From an uncultured Bacteroidales bacterium (lineage in GTDB: Bacteria > Bacteroidota > Bacteroidia > Bacteroidales > DASQZP01), in contig CAWAMZ010000017.1 of assembly GCA_963783315.1 (NCBI GenBank), positions 23,725 to 87,724 on the forward strand: a stretch of DNA of 64,000 bases. The letters are read 5' to 3'. Position 1 is the first letter of the stretch, and every line of letters begins with the position of its first letter. Under the pieces are notes generated by a model. The model had not been told where the DNA came from, searched no databases, and saw only the letters and a program-made list of their open reading frames with translations. The position numbers were made by a program, and so were the translations under genes. Of this stretch, positions 9,852-20,514 are shown piece after piece.

Positions 9852-10820
9852 CTATAAGTAACGTATACTTTTATATTTTTCAGGTGCTTTTTCTTTGTTG
9901 ATACTGAAACAATATCCCACGGTAAATTCATGCGAACCGTCGGTAAATTTACCCAGTTTTGAAGTTACATAATCGTAAGAGTATGAAATCCTCACTCCAT
10001 TCAGCATTTCAACTCCGATCATACCTATAACGGCATCACCGGCCCTATAAGAAACGCCACCCCAAAACCTTTTATTGTACACAAGAGTAGTATTCACTGT
10101 TATTTGTGAAATGCTCCCGTCTGACTGGATATAGAACGAAGGCCTGACTTCATAAAGAGGATTGGCCAGCTGTAAATTATAACCCGCTGTAAAATGATAT
10201 TGTCTTTTAAGAAACGGCTGCCCTTTGTCAAAATTCAATGATGGTTCTGTAATATGTGTCGAGGAAAGTCCCATGTACAATTTATCAGCCCGGTAAAATA
10301 CACCAAATGACATGTCAAAAATAATTGAACTCTGATCTCCCGGAACTGCAGGATCCTGTCCCCACGGTGTGTGATATTCACTTCCAGATGGCACGCTCCA
10401 TTCTCCTTTAAGTGCACTGTTCAACATACCTCCCATGATACCAATTCCAAGTTTACCGTCTCCGAGTTTTGCCCGGTATGCATAGGAAATATTTAAACCC
10501 AAATCATTAAAAAATCCGGCTTTATCATTAAAAACATTAAGGCCGACACCACTGTTGATGCCAAATAGTTTGAATGGTGCATTTCCACTGAACACGGTTG
10601 TTACCGGAGCCCCGTCCAAACCAAAATATTGCTGACGTGCCGCTGCCGTCAGACAAATCTGGTCATTGCTACCTGCATATCCTGGATTGTAACTCATAAT
10701 CGTATTCATGTGCTGGCTAAACTGAGGATCACCAATCTGGGTGAATGCCAATGACAAATTAGTAAACACCAGCAATAAAATTGCTGTAAATATTTTTGTG
10801 TGTCTCCGGTAATTTACCAT
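9852..10820 (-). CDS. porP: PorP/SprF-family T9SS outer-membrane barrel
   Basis: DPQFSQ..NPGYAG, SYSYD...GSHEF motifs. Lies directly upstream of porK, as in porPKLMN. Confidence 0.9.
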   Translation of the reverse strand: MVNYRRHTKIFTAILLLVFTNLSLAFTQIGDPQFSQHMNTIMSYNPGYAGSNDQICLTAAARQQYFGLDGAPVTTVFSGNAPFKLFGINSGVGLNVFNDKAGFFNDLGLNISYAYRAKLGDGKLGIGIMGGMLNSALKGEWSVPSGSEYHTPWGQDPAVPGDQSSIIFDMSFGVFYRADKLYMGLSSTHITEPSLNFDKGQPFLKRQYHFTAGYNLQLANPLYEVRPSFYIQSDGSISQITVNTTLVYNKRFWGGVSYRAGDAVIGMIGVEMLNGVRISYSYDYVTSKLGKFTDGSHEFTVGYCFSINKEKAPEKYKSIRYL

Positions 10821-11270
10821 AAAACCTCTTGTATTTAGCCATAATATTAAAAAGTAAAATAAACAAAAATATTATTCTCTTACAAATTTAATTAACACCA
10901 CTCTGTTAATAATTCAAGCTTTCGTAATCATGTTATACTCAAATTTTCTAATAATGTTTCTCCTGCATTTTCATTTTTTTAAAAAAAAATCTGATAAACA
11001 GAGAATTTAGAGAATAATATATTGATATATGGCTGATTTCAAAATATTTACAGTTCCTATATATATTTAATTGTTAGAATTGATAATTTAAATATTAAAC
11101 TAAAAAGAGAGGAATATATTTTAATTTGTTAGATAAAAGTACATTTTATTGTTCATTGGAGTTCCGCGAATAACGAATATATAAGTCACAGAAATACAAA
11201 AATATCTTATTCAGAGGCTATTAAAGAACTGATATTCACAGTACCCTGCAAAAATAAATTTTATAATAAA

Positions 11271-12431
11271 TTAATTCAGTAATCTAAAAAGGCGAAACCA
11301 TCTTTCCGGTAATTCCTGATTACAGGCCTGCTTATAGTCGTTATAGGATGCCGCTACGATCCTGACCTTATCCTTTTCACCGGCAGCGGGCACTTCCATC
11401 CACCAACGCCCTGAACGCTGGCTTTTGTAAAACACCAGAACCTGATCGGCTTCGCCAACCTCAACAATATATTTTCTGAATTCTTCATCGTTCTGCAACG
11501 GCCATTCATCCATTCTGGATGCAATACCGTCCAGCATATACCAGATAACCTGTGCGGCCAGATGACTGGTGATTCCCGGATTGCTGTCTCCCGGAATAAT
11601 CTCAAAAACTCCTGCCACACTAAGTTTCTCACTCAATCCGGCATATCGTGCAAGCTGGCAAATTTCTTCTCCGTACAGGCCGTTCGGTGAAGGATGTGTG
11701 GTGCGGGGAGCATCGGCATACCTCACTGCACTCATGTCAATAGACAATAAATGAGTATCCCGCAGCACAGGTTCGGTATCACGAATATCAGCCCGTGCTT
11801 CACCAAGACGCATACCGTTAAAATTACGTTCCTCCATGTATTCCAGCACGGCATCATCTACAAAGTAAACCTGGTGCCCTATATTCGCATAGTTAAACAG
11901 AGAGGTTGAATGATCATGAAAAATCTTTGCAAGGTAAGTGGACGCAGCTGATCCATCATCCCGCCATCCAACATCGAGACAGGAATCAATAGTTGTCAGG
12001 TTCACCTGAAAATTCAGCTTTTCAAGAGCCAGGAATGCTCCGTAGGTTATATCCTGGCTGCCTCCCATGATGATCGAAATAATCCCTTCAGTATGCAGAT
12101 AACACAATACATCCCGGAGCCCAAAGTAAGTATCATTAAGTGTTTCCCCCTGTTTAAGGTTCCCCAGATCAATGATTTTTAAACCGCGTGAGATCCGGTA
12201 TAACTGATATAGCTTATTACGAACCTGATCGGTTGCATTGGCACTGCCGTCTTCTGCAGTCCCTCTGTCCTCAGGTACCCCAATCAAGGCCACCCGGTAA
12301 CCCTTTACATCTTTAACAGGGATACTGGGCGTATGTATCATAATATTCCGGCAGAAAAGTGATTCTTCGGAAAGGTATCGGTCATCCGGTGCTTCCAGGC
12401 TCACCGGATTGAAATAATCATTCAGATCCAT
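11271..12431 (-). CDS. Arginase/formimidoylglutamase-fold protein with degenerate metal site
   Basis: ALIGVPEDR, IIDLGN, SPNGLYGEEICQLARYAG. Ligand motifs read GGSQD, IDSCLD and SIDMSA. Confidence 0.8.
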   Translation of the reverse strand: MDLNDYFNPVSLEAPDDRYLSEESLFCRNIMIHTPSIPVKDVKGYRVALIGVPEDRGTAEDGSANATDQVRNKLYQLYRISRGLKIIDLGNLKQGETLNDTYFGLRDVLCYLHTEGIISIIMGGSQDITYGAFLALEKLNFQVNLTTIDSCLDVGWRDDGSAASTYLAKIFHDHSTSLFNYANIGHQVYFVDDAVLEYMEERNFNGMRLGEARADIRDTEPVLRDTHLLSIDMSAVRYADAPRTTHPSPNGLYGEEICQLARYAGLSEKLSVAGVFEIIPGDSNPGITSHLAAQVIWYMLDGIASRMDEWPLQNDEEFRKYIVEVGEADQVLVFYKSQRSGRWWMEVPAAGEKDKVRIVAASYNDYKQACNQELPERWFRLFRLLN

Positions 12432-12490
12432 TAATTATTGAACTTAATATTCAGTTTCCATCCTCTTACCAGCGTTGCTTTTCAGACTGT

Positions 12491-14824
12491 TTATTTTTTC
12501 TTTTTCTTCCTGCTGCCTGAGCCTGAAGGCTTTCCTTTACTCACTATTTCCATACATTCCTTGTAAGTCAGGGAGGAAGCATCTTTCTCCTTTGGAATTT
12601 TATAGTTCCCTTTGTCATAGGATATGTATGGCCCCCAGCGTCCGTTAAGTACCTGCAGCTTTTCGTCTTCAGGAAAGCTTTTGATGACTTTGTTCCTGTC
12701 GCGCTCCCTTTTCTCTTCTATAAGCTCAATAGCCCTGTCCAGCTCAATGGTCATGGGATCATCCACCCCTTTTTTAAGTGAGTAAAATTTTGATTTATGC
12801 CGTACATACGGACCAAACCTTCCCACTCCGATTACTACCTCACTATCTTCATAAGTACCTATGGTTCTGGGCAGTTTAAACAGCTCCAGCGCTTCCTCCA
12901 GGGTTATAGTCTCAAGATGTTGTCCCTTTTGTAATCCGGCAAATTTGGGCTTTTCCTCATCAGTTGCTTCTCCCATCTGCACCATGGGGCCGTACCGCCC
13001 AATTTTTACTGAAATAACTTTACCCGTTGCAGGATCGTTCCCGAGAATTCGTTCTCCTTTGTTCCTTTCAGCCTGTTCCAGCGTTTCTTCAACCCGGTGG
13101 TGAAAAGGATTGTAAAACCTGTCAATCATTTCGGTCCAGTCCATTTTACCATCGGCAATCTCATCAAACTCCTTTTCCACTTTGGCTGTAAAGTTGAAAT
13201 CAACAATATAATCAAAATGCTCTACTAGAAAATCATTTACGATCATACCAATATCATTGGGGAAAAGCTTGGCTTTCTCAGCTCCTGTTGTTTCCGTCTG
13301 AGTGGTTTCATTAAGTTTGCTTCCGGAAAGGACAAGCTTCACATATTTTCTTTCTTCTCCCGGCCGGTCTTCACGAACCACATACCCGCGATTCTGTATG
13401 GTAGAAATTGTGGGGGCATAGGTTGAAGGACGACCAATCCCAAGTTCTTCCAGCTTTTTTACCAGGCTGGCCTCCGTATATCTTGGCGGATGATGGGTGA
13501 ATCGTTCAGTAGCAGTAATTTCTTTCATATCCAGGGGCTGGTCCAGTGAAAGAGGAGGAAGCAGGGATGACTTCACACTTTCATCCTGGTCATCATCAGT
13601 AGATTCAATATATACCTTCAGAAAACCGTCAAATTTGAGCACTTCTCCATTTGCAACAAACTGTTCCTTTTGATTAGAGATGCTGATGGTTGCTGTAGTC
13701 TTTTCGAGTTCAGCATCGCTCATCTGTGAGGCAATCGTTCTTTTCCAGATCAGATCATATAATTTTTTCTCCTGATTGTTACCTGAAACAGTTGATTTAT
13801 CAATATAGGTTGGACGGATGGCTTCGTGTGCTTCCTGTGCGCCCTTTGATTTAGTCTTAAACTGCCGGGGGTTTGAATATTTTGCTCCGTAATCGGCGGT
13901 GATAACTTTTTTTGCCTCTTTAGTAATGGTATCGGAAAGGTTCACCGAATCAGTACGCATGTAGGTAATTTTACCCGCTTCATACAACCGCTGTGCTACC
14001 GACATGGTCTGCGATACAGAAAAACCAAGCTTACGGCTGGCCTCCTGCTGCAAAGTAGAGGTAGTAAAAGGCGGAGCAGGAGATTTCCGGGAAGGCCGGG
14101 TATTTATATCAACGACTTTATAGGAAGCTTCCCTGCATTTCTCAAGGAACTCAACAGTCTCTTTTTTTGTCTTGAATCGTTTGGACAGATCGGCAACCAG
14201 CTCCGATTCCTTATTCTTGCTGTCGGTTACGATAAAGCGTGCAGATACCTTATATGAGGAGGTGGAACTAAAGCTCATTATCTCCCGTTCACGCTCCACG
14301 ATCAGCCTCACTGCCACCGACTGCACACGGCCTGCAGACAATGAAGGCCTTACTTTTTTCCACAAAACCGGCGACAACTCAAAACCTACCAGACGGTCAA
14401 GGATCCGCCTTGCCTGCTGGGCATCCACAAGGTTACGGTCAATCATTCTCGGATTTTCAATGGCTTTCAGAATGGCTGGTTTGGTTATTTCATTAAAAAC
14501 AATCCGCCTGGTATTTTTATCATTAAGCTTTAACACATCATAAAGATGCCAGGCAATAGCCTCTCCTTCACGGTCTTCATCAGAAGCCAGCCATACAGTT
14601 TTTGCCTCTTTGGCCCGTTTTTTTAATTCATTAACAACTTTTTTCTTATCATCTGATATAATATAATCAGGTTTATAGTTGTTTTGTATATCGATACCAA
14701 GATTTTTCTTGGAGAGATCGCGTATATGTCCAAAGCTGGAAGTAACCGAAAATTTTGCGCCAAGAAATTTTTCGATCGTTTTAGCTTTGGCCGGTGATTC
14801 AACAATTACTAAGTTCTCTTCCAT
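12491..14824 (-). CDS. topA: DNA topoisomerase I
   Basis: LVIVESPAKAKTI, SDEDREGEAIAW, SAGRVQS, catalytic ITYMRTDS, C-terminal GRYGP/GRFGPY repeats. Confidence 0.97.
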   Translation of the reverse strand: MEENLVIVESPAKAKTIEKFLGAKFSVTSSFGHIRDLSKKNLGIDIQNNYKPDYIISDDKKKVVNELKKRAKEAKTVWLASDEDREGEAIAWHLYDVLKLNDKNTRRIVFNEITKPAILKAIENPRMIDRNLVDAQQARRILDRLVGFELSPVLWKKVRPSLSAGRVQSVAVRLIVEREREIMSFSSTSSYKVSARFIVTDSKNKESELVADLSKRFKTKKETVEFLEKCREASYKVVDINTRPSRKSPAPPFTTSTLQQEASRKLGFSVSQTMSVAQRLYEAGKITYMRTDSVNLSDTITKEAKKVITADYGAKYSNPRQFKTKSKGAQEAHEAIRPTYIDKSTVSGNNQEKKLYDLIWKRTIASQMSDAELEKTTATISISNQKEQFVANGEVLKFDGFLKVYIESTDDDQDESVKSSLLPPLSLDQPLDMKEITATERFTHHPPRYTEASLVKKLEELGIGRPSTYAPTISTIQNRGYVVREDRPGEERKYVKLVLSGSKLNETTQTETTGAEKAKLFPNDIGMIVNDFLVEHFDYIVDFNFTAKVEKEFDEIADGKMDWTEMIDRFYNPFHHRVEETLEQAERNKGERILGNDPATGKVISVKIGRYGPMVQMGEATDEEKPKFAGLQKGQHLETITLEEALELFKLPRTIGTYEDSEVVIGVGRFGPYVRHKSKFYSLKKGVDDPMTIELDRAIELIEEKRERDRNKVIKSFPEDEKLQVLNGRWGPYISYDKGNYKIPKEKDASSLTYKECMEIVSKGKPSGSGSRKKKKK

Positions 14825-14939
14825 ATGTATATTAAATGCTTTACAAGAAACCCAAATATTAGATTACAGGTTTAAAGCCTGCTAAGTTCAAAATTTTAAA
14901 TTAAAAAAATACTATTTTTACCGAAAACTAAAAATTAAA

Positions 14940-17288
14940 ATGGCAAAGATAAAAAATAAAAAGAAGCTGTTTTTAAGAATCTTTTGGACACTTATTGCAT
15001 TTCCATTTATATTACTAATCATCTTACTGTCCCTGATATCAACAGGAAACCTGGGTTTCATGCCTACTTTTGAGGATCTGGAAAATCCTAAGAGTAATCT
15101 GGCCACAGAGTTGATTTCAGAAGACAACCAGGTACTGGGACGCATTTATTATCAGAACCGTACTTATACCGATTATAATGAAATATCGCCAAATGTGATT
15201 GATGCACTGGTTGCTACTGAAGATGTACGTTTCTATTCACATTCAGGTATCGATATCCGCGGACTTGCACGCGTATTCTTCAAAACCATTCTGATGGGTG
15301 AAGAACGTTCAGGCGGCGGAAGTACCATAACCCAGCAGCTGGCTAAAAACCTTTTCCCCCGTGATACCACTACTTATAATCTGGGATTTACACGAAATGT
15401 TTCCCTGGTAATTGCCAAACTGAAAGAGTGGGTTGCCGCAGTGAAACTCGAAAAGAGCTACACCAAGCAGGAGATCCTGACCATGTATCTGAACCAGTTC
15501 GATTTTCTTTATCATGCTGTTGGTATTGGTTCGGCGGCAAAAATTTATTTCAACACCTCTCCCGATTCGCTTACGCTCGACCAGGCGGCAACGCTGGTGG
15601 GCATGGTGAAAAATCCGTCCTATTATAATCCGATACGACGACCTGATGTTGCACTCTACAGACGCAACATTGTGCTTTCACAAATGCTCAAATACGGATA
15701 TATTACTGACCCGGTATTCGATTCTGTTGCAAATGTTCCGATGCAGACTGATTTTCAGCGTATCAATCATAATGAAGGTCTGGCAAAATATTTCAGAGAA
15801 CAGATCCGGCTTATGATGATCGCCCATGATCCGCAACGTAAAAATTATTTCACTTATGAACAGTATAAAGAGGACTCCATTTTGTGGGCAACAAATCCAC
15901 TGTACGGATGGTGTGACAAAAATCTGAAACCAGACGGAACGCCTTATGATTTGTATCGGGACGGATTGAGAATATATACCACCATCAATTCAAAAATGCA
16001 GCAGTTTGCTGAAACAGCTATTGCCGAACATCTTGGGGATTATCTGCAACCTGCATTCAACAAAGAAAAGAAAGGGAGGACCAAGGCACCTTTCTCCAAT
16101 GACCTTAGTAGTCAGGAAATTAACAACATCATGAATACCACCATGCGCCGAACTGACCGGTACAGAAACCTCAGGCAGGCAGGCAAATCAACAGACTCCA
16201 TCACAAAAATATTTAACACTCCAGTCCCGATGACCATTTTCACCTGGTCGGGAGACAAGGATACAGTAATGAGCCCGATGGATTCCATTCGTTATTATAA
16301 ATTTTTCCTCCATGCCGGTTTCATGTCAATCAATCCCCATAACGGACACATAATGGCATACGCCGGCGCACCTGATTTCAAATATTTCAAGTATGATCCG
16401 GTGAGGGTGCAGAAACGCCAGGTGGGTTCCACCGTAAAACCATTTCTCTATACACTGGCTATGCAGGAGGGCTATTCTCCCTGCTATAAAGTAGCCAATG
16501 TGGCTACCACTTTTCGGGTGAATGATACCACCTGGACCCCAAAAAACTCTGGTGATTCGGAATACGAGGGCAAAATGGTTACCCTTAAATGGGGATTGGC
16601 CAATTCTGTTAACTGGATCTCCGCCTGGGTAATGAAGCAGTTTAATCCACATGCTGTCATCGAAATCATGCATAAAATGGGAATCAAAAGCTACCTTGAT
16701 CCCGTACCTTCACTGGTACTCGGAACCTCAGACATCTCTCTGTATGAAATGGTAAGTGCCTATGGCACCTTTGCCAACAAAGGAGTGCATGTTGAGCCTC
16801 TGATGGTTACCAGAATAGAAGATAAACACGGTAATCTAATTTCACATTTTATGCCTCAAAAAGAAGAAGCCATCAACGAACAAACCGCTTTCCTGATGAT
16901 CAATCTAATGCAGGCTGTAGTAAATGAAGGAACCGGGATCAGACTCAGATATCTTTATCATTTTGATAATCCGATTGCCGGAAAAACAGGAACTACGCAA
17001 AATCACTCAGATGGTTGGTTCATGGGTGTGACACCCGACCTTGTATCTGGTGTATGGGTAGGTGGTGAAGACCGTGCGATCCATTTCGATGAGATCGGCA
17101 TGGGACAGGGTGCCAATATGGCCCTCCCCATCTGGGCCAAATATATGCAGCAAGTGTATAATGACAGTACAGAACTCGGCATTTATAAACGTCCGTTTGA
17201 TAAACCGGATAACTTCAACGTGAATCTGAATTGCAACGAAAAACAGGACAGTATACGCAAACCCAACAGCTACGAATATTTTGAATAG
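14940..17288 (+). CDS. mrcA: Class A penicillin-binding protein (PBP1A)
   Basis: Transglycosylase EDVRFYSH and GGSTITQQLAKN; transpeptidase STVK, SVN and KTG motifs. Confidence 0.92.
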   Translation: MAKIKNKKKLFLRIFWTLIAFPFILLIILLSLISTGNLGFMPTFEDLENPKSNLATELISEDNQVLGRIYYQNRTYTDYNEISPNVIDALVATEDVRFYSHSGIDIRGLARVFFKTILMGEERSGGGSTITQQLAKNLFPRDTTTYNLGFTRNVSLVIAKLKEWVAAVKLEKSYTKQEILTMYLNQFDFLYHAVGIGSAAKIYFNTSPDSLTLDQAATLVGMVKNPSYYNPIRRPDVALYRRNIVLSQMLKYGYITDPVFDSVANVPMQTDFQRINHNEGLAKYFREQIRLMMIAHDPQRKNYFTYEQYKEDSILWATNPLYGWCDKNLKPDGTPYDLYRDGLRIYTTINSKMQQFAETAIAEHLGDYLQPAFNKEKKGRTKAPFSNDLSSQEINNIMNTTMRRTDRYRNLRQAGKSTDSITKIFNTPVPMTIFTWSGDKDTVMSPMDSIRYYKFFLHAGFMSINPHNGHIMAYAGAPDFKYFKYDPVRVQKRQVGSTVKPFLYTLAMQEGYSPCYKVANVATTFRVNDTTWTPKNSGDSEYEGKMVTLKWGLANSVNWISAWVMKQFNPHAVIEIMHKMGIKSYLDPVPSLVLGTSDISLYEMVSAYGTFANKGVHVEPLMVTRIEDKHGNLISHFMPQKEEAINEQTAFLMINLMQAVVNEGTGIRLRYLYHFDNPIAGKTGTTQNHSDGWFMGVTPDLVSGVWVGGEDRAIHFDEIGMGQGANMALPIWAKYMQQVYNDSTELGIYKRPFDKPDNFNVNLNCNEKQDSIRKPNSYEYFE

Positions 17289-17295
17289 AAAAATA

Positions 17296-17327
17296 ATCCC
17301 CGGTGCGGAGAATACTCAGCCGGGGAT
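17296..17327. terminator. Hairpin at convergent PBP1A/ABC junction
   Basis: ATCCCCGG (17296-17303) pairs with CCGGGGAT (17320-17327), flanked by A- and T-rich tracts. Overlaps the ABC gene stop. Confidence 0.5.
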
Positions 17328-19016
17328 ACTTTCAATAAGTGCCCTGGTATAGGGCGATCCGGGGTGATTATAAATTTCGCCGGCATCACCTGTTTCAATG
17401 ATGCATCCTTCTTTCATCACCATAATTCTGTCAGACATGTATCGCACAACCGACAGGTCGTGTGAAATAAACAGGTAAGTAAGCCCGAACTCTTCTTTCA
17501 GTTCATTAAGTAAATTCAGAATTTGCGCCTGTACCGATACATCCAGGGCCGACACTGATTCATCACAGATGATAAAAGCCGGTTCCACTGCCAGTGCTCT
17601 TGCAATACCAATACGTTGTCTCTGGCCCCCCGAAAATTCATGCGGATAACGATTATACATTGAAGGATCAAGACTGACGCGGCTAATAAGTTCTTCTGTC
17701 CGCTTCCTTCTTTCCTTTTTATCAGAAAAAAGTCCATGAACAATCATGGGCTCTTCAATTGCCTGTCCGATCGTTAATCTGGGATTAAGCGATGAATAGG
17801 GATCCTGAAAGATGATTTGTACTTCTTTCCGAAAGTTTATGAGGCCTTTTCTGTTCATCTTTGATACAAGTTCACCCTTATAGAATATTTTTCCTTCTCC
17901 GGAGTCTATCAATCTGATCAGCGTTCTGCCAAGAGTGGTTTTGCCGCAACCCGATTCACCAACCAAACCAAGCGTTTCCCCTTTGCAGATACTGAAAGAA
18001 ACATTATCAACAGCATGATATTCCTGAACAGTCTTTCCAAAGAAATTTTTCCTGATGCCAAATGAAGTAGTCAGTTCTTCAACCCGGAACAATTCCTCAT
18101 CCTTTTTACTTATCGGGTGGAAAGCAGATTTATTAACCTGCTTATTCCCTGACACTTCAGCCTCATCATTGTTAGCCAGAAAATCCTGCACTGTAGGAAG
18201 CCGCGGTACTTCATGATATCTGAAATTACCGGGACGGCAGGCAAGCAGCCCTTTGGTATATGGATGCCCGGGATGATGAATGATGTCTTCTTTAAACCCG
18301 GATTCAACAATTTCGCCGTTCCACATGATCGCCACTTTGTCGGCTATTTCAGAAATTACTCCCAGGTCATGCGATATAAAAATCATTCCCATACCATATT
18401 TATCCCTGAGGCGGTGCAAAAGACCAATAATATTTTTTTGTACAGTAACGTCAAGCGCGGTGGTTGGCTCATCGGCAATAAGCAGGGATGGATTACAGCT
18501 CACCGCCATGGCAATCATGACGCGCTGTTTCTGTCCGCCCGATAACTGATGCGGATATCTTTTCCAGATGGCTTCCGGAGAGGGTAATTTTACTTCATTA
18601 AAAAGATCCAGCCCTCTTTCCCTGGCTTCCGCAGAATTAAGGCCAAGGTGGAGTTTCATTGCTTCTGCAACCTGAAATCCACAGGTCAGTGAAGGGTTGA
18701 GAGAAGTCATGGGTTCCTGGAAAATCATACCAATCCTGTTTCCCCGGAGTTGTCTCATCTTCTCTCCGGAAAGACTACATACATCAACGGTCTTCCCTTT
18801 TCCCGGGTTAAAAAGTACTTCTCCCTTACTGATCCTGATACTTTGTGGTAATAATTGCATGATGGCCAGGGCTGTCATCGATTTTCCGGAGCCGGATTCT
18901 CCTGCCAGCCCGATTGTTTCTCCTTTTTGAAGGGAGAAACTGATGTCTTTCAGGATTTCCCGGCTTTTATTTCCGGAAACGTGAGAAGCATGTATATTTT
19001 TTAATTCCAGCAACAT
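17316..19016 (-). CDS. Fused double-domain peptide/nickel-type ABC ATPase (DppD/F- or YejF-like)
   Basis: Two Walker A motifs ([16 protein letters not shown]), YPHQLSGGQ and [13 protein letters not shown] tails. Confidence 0.9.
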   Translation of the reverse strand: MLLELKNIHASHVSGNKSREILKDISFSLQKGETIGLAGESGSGKSMTALAIMQLLPQSIRISKGEVLFNPGKGKTVDVCSLSGEKMRQLRGNRIGMIFQEPMTSLNPSLTCGFQVAEAMKLHLGLNSAEARERGLDLFNEVKLPSPEAIWKRYPHQLSGGQKQRVMIAMAVSCNPSLLIADEPTTALDVTVQKNIIGLLHRLRDKYGMGMIFISHDLGVISEIADKVAIMWNGEIVESGFKEDIIHHPGHPYTKGLLACRPGNFRYHEVPRLPTVQDFLANNDEAEVSGNKQVNKSAFHPISKKDEELFRVEELTTSFGIRKNFFGKTVQEYHAVDNVSFSICKGETLGLVGESGCGKTTLGRTLIRLIDSGEGKIFYKGELVSKMNRKGLINFRKEVQIIFQDPYSSLNPRLTIGQAIEEPMIVHGLFSDKKERRKRTEELISRVSLDPSMYNRYPHEFSGGQRQRIGIARALAVEPAFIICDESVSALDVSVQAQILNLLNELKEEFGLTYLFISHDLSVVRYMSDRIMVMKEGCIIETGDAGEIYNHPGSPYTRALIESIPG

Positions 19017-19025
19017 TCGCAATAT

Positions 19026-20387
19026 TTATTTGAACAAATTACTGAATACCTGTTCGATCTTGCTCACCCCCACCACTTCGATGGAATATTTTTTCAGGTC
19101 GATACTTTTCCTGTTAAAAGATGAGATATAAATTTTTTTGAACCCCAGTTTGTCTGCTTCACTTAACCGGTTTTCAATACGGTTGACAGGCCTTATTTCT
19201 CCTGAAAGACCTACTTCGGCAGAAAAACATGTTCGTTTATCAATAGCCCTGTCTACACTGGAAGAAAGGATTGCACTAACCACTGCCAGATCGATGGCAG
19301 GATCATCTACTTTCAACCCTCCGGCAATATTCAGAAAGACGTCCTTGGTGGCCAGCCGGAAACCAGCCCTCTTTTCCAGAACGGCCAGCAGCATGTTCAG
19401 TCGTCTCAGGTCGAAACCGGTAGAAGACCGCTGCGGAGTACCATAGGCTGCAGTACTTACCAGAGCCTGTGTCTCTATCAGAAAAGGCCTGATACCATCA
19501 ATGGTTGAGGCAATGGATACGCCACTCAGTTCATCTTCATGATGGGAAATAAGTATCTCTGAAGGATTTTGTATCTCTCTCAAACCCGAATTGTTCATCT
19601 CAAAAATTCCAATCTCAGAGGTCGAGCCAAACCGGTTTTTGATGGACCGCAGAATACGATAAGTATAATTGCGATCGCCCTCGAACTGAAAAACAGCATC
19701 TACAATATGTTCCAGCACCTTTGGTCCGGCAAGGCTTCCTTCCTTATTAATATGGCCGATAAGAATTACCGGAATCGATTTTGCCTTGGCATATTTCAGT
19801 AACCGTGCAGTGCATTCACGAATCTGGGAAACACTGCCTGCAGATGATTCTATCTCTTCGGTTTGCAATGTTTGCACCGAGTCTACCACCAGAAGATCGG
19901 GAGCTGAATTTTCCAGTTGGACAAGAATATTCTCCAACACCGTTTCACCCAGTATGTAACAATCGGGGTTATCCATACCCAGTCTTTCGGCCCTGAGCCG
20001 GATCTGTTGCCCGCTCTCCTCCCCGGAAACATAAAGCACATGCTTACCTTTCAGGGTAAGGGCAACCTGAAGAGCCAGTGTGGATTTTCCTACGCCGGGT
20101 TCTCCCCCGATAAGCACCATCGATCCCGGAACAATTCCCCCGCCCAGAATCCTGTCAAACTCAGAATATCCTGTATGAAGCCTCGGAACTTTAACGGTGG
20201 TGATCTCTGAAATTTTTTGCGGCCGGGCTGCATGCTCCGGCTGAAAATTGGTTTTGCTGCCAGATTCCTTTCGTATCACTTCTTCAACATAGGTATTCCA
20301 CTCCCCACATGAAGGACAACGTCCGATCCATTTCGGAGAGGACACCCCACAGTTCTGACATATATATACTGTTTTGCTTTTAGCCAT
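19026..20387 (-). CDS. radA: DNA repair protein RadA/Sms
   Basis: CQNCG..CPSC zinc finger, GEPGVGKS, KNRFG, Lon-like C-terminus. Start MAKSK at 20387. Confidence 0.96.
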   Translation of the reverse strand: MAKSKTVYICQNCGVSSPKWIGRCPSCGEWNTYVEEVIRKESGSKTNFQPEHAARPQKISEITTVKVPRLHTGYSEFDRILGGGIVPGSMVLIGGEPGVGKSTLALQVALTLKGKHVLYVSGEESGQQIRLRAERLGMDNPDCYILGETVLENILVQLENSAPDLLVVDSVQTLQTEEIESSAGSVSQIRECTARLLKYAKAKSIPVILIGHINKEGSLAGPKVLEHIVDAVFQFEGDRNYTYRILRSIKNRFGSTSEIGIFEMNNSGLREIQNPSEILISHHEDELSGVSIASTIDGIRPFLIETQALVSTAAYGTPQRSSTGFDLRRLNMLLAVLEKRAGFRLATKDVFLNIAGGLKVDDPAIDLAVVSAILSSSVDRAIDKRTCFSAEVGLSGEIRPVNRIENRLSEADKLGFKKIYISSFNRKSIDLKKYSIEVVGVSKIEQVFSNLFK

Positions 20388-20514
20388 TTGAGTTTTTCCG
20401 GATGAAATGCTGATAAAGATAGGCAAATATCAGCAATTGAAATAAATCTGAATATCAATTTACCGATATTCTTTATTTGATTTTTTTACTGATATGTTGA
20501 TGAAAGAAATAAAT

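Noticed and set aside
10973-10989. T8-A9 run as a phase-variable tract or terminator
   Set aside because: There is no GC stem and it is not placed within a recognisable promoter spacer. Such runs are expected in very AT-rich intergenic DNA.
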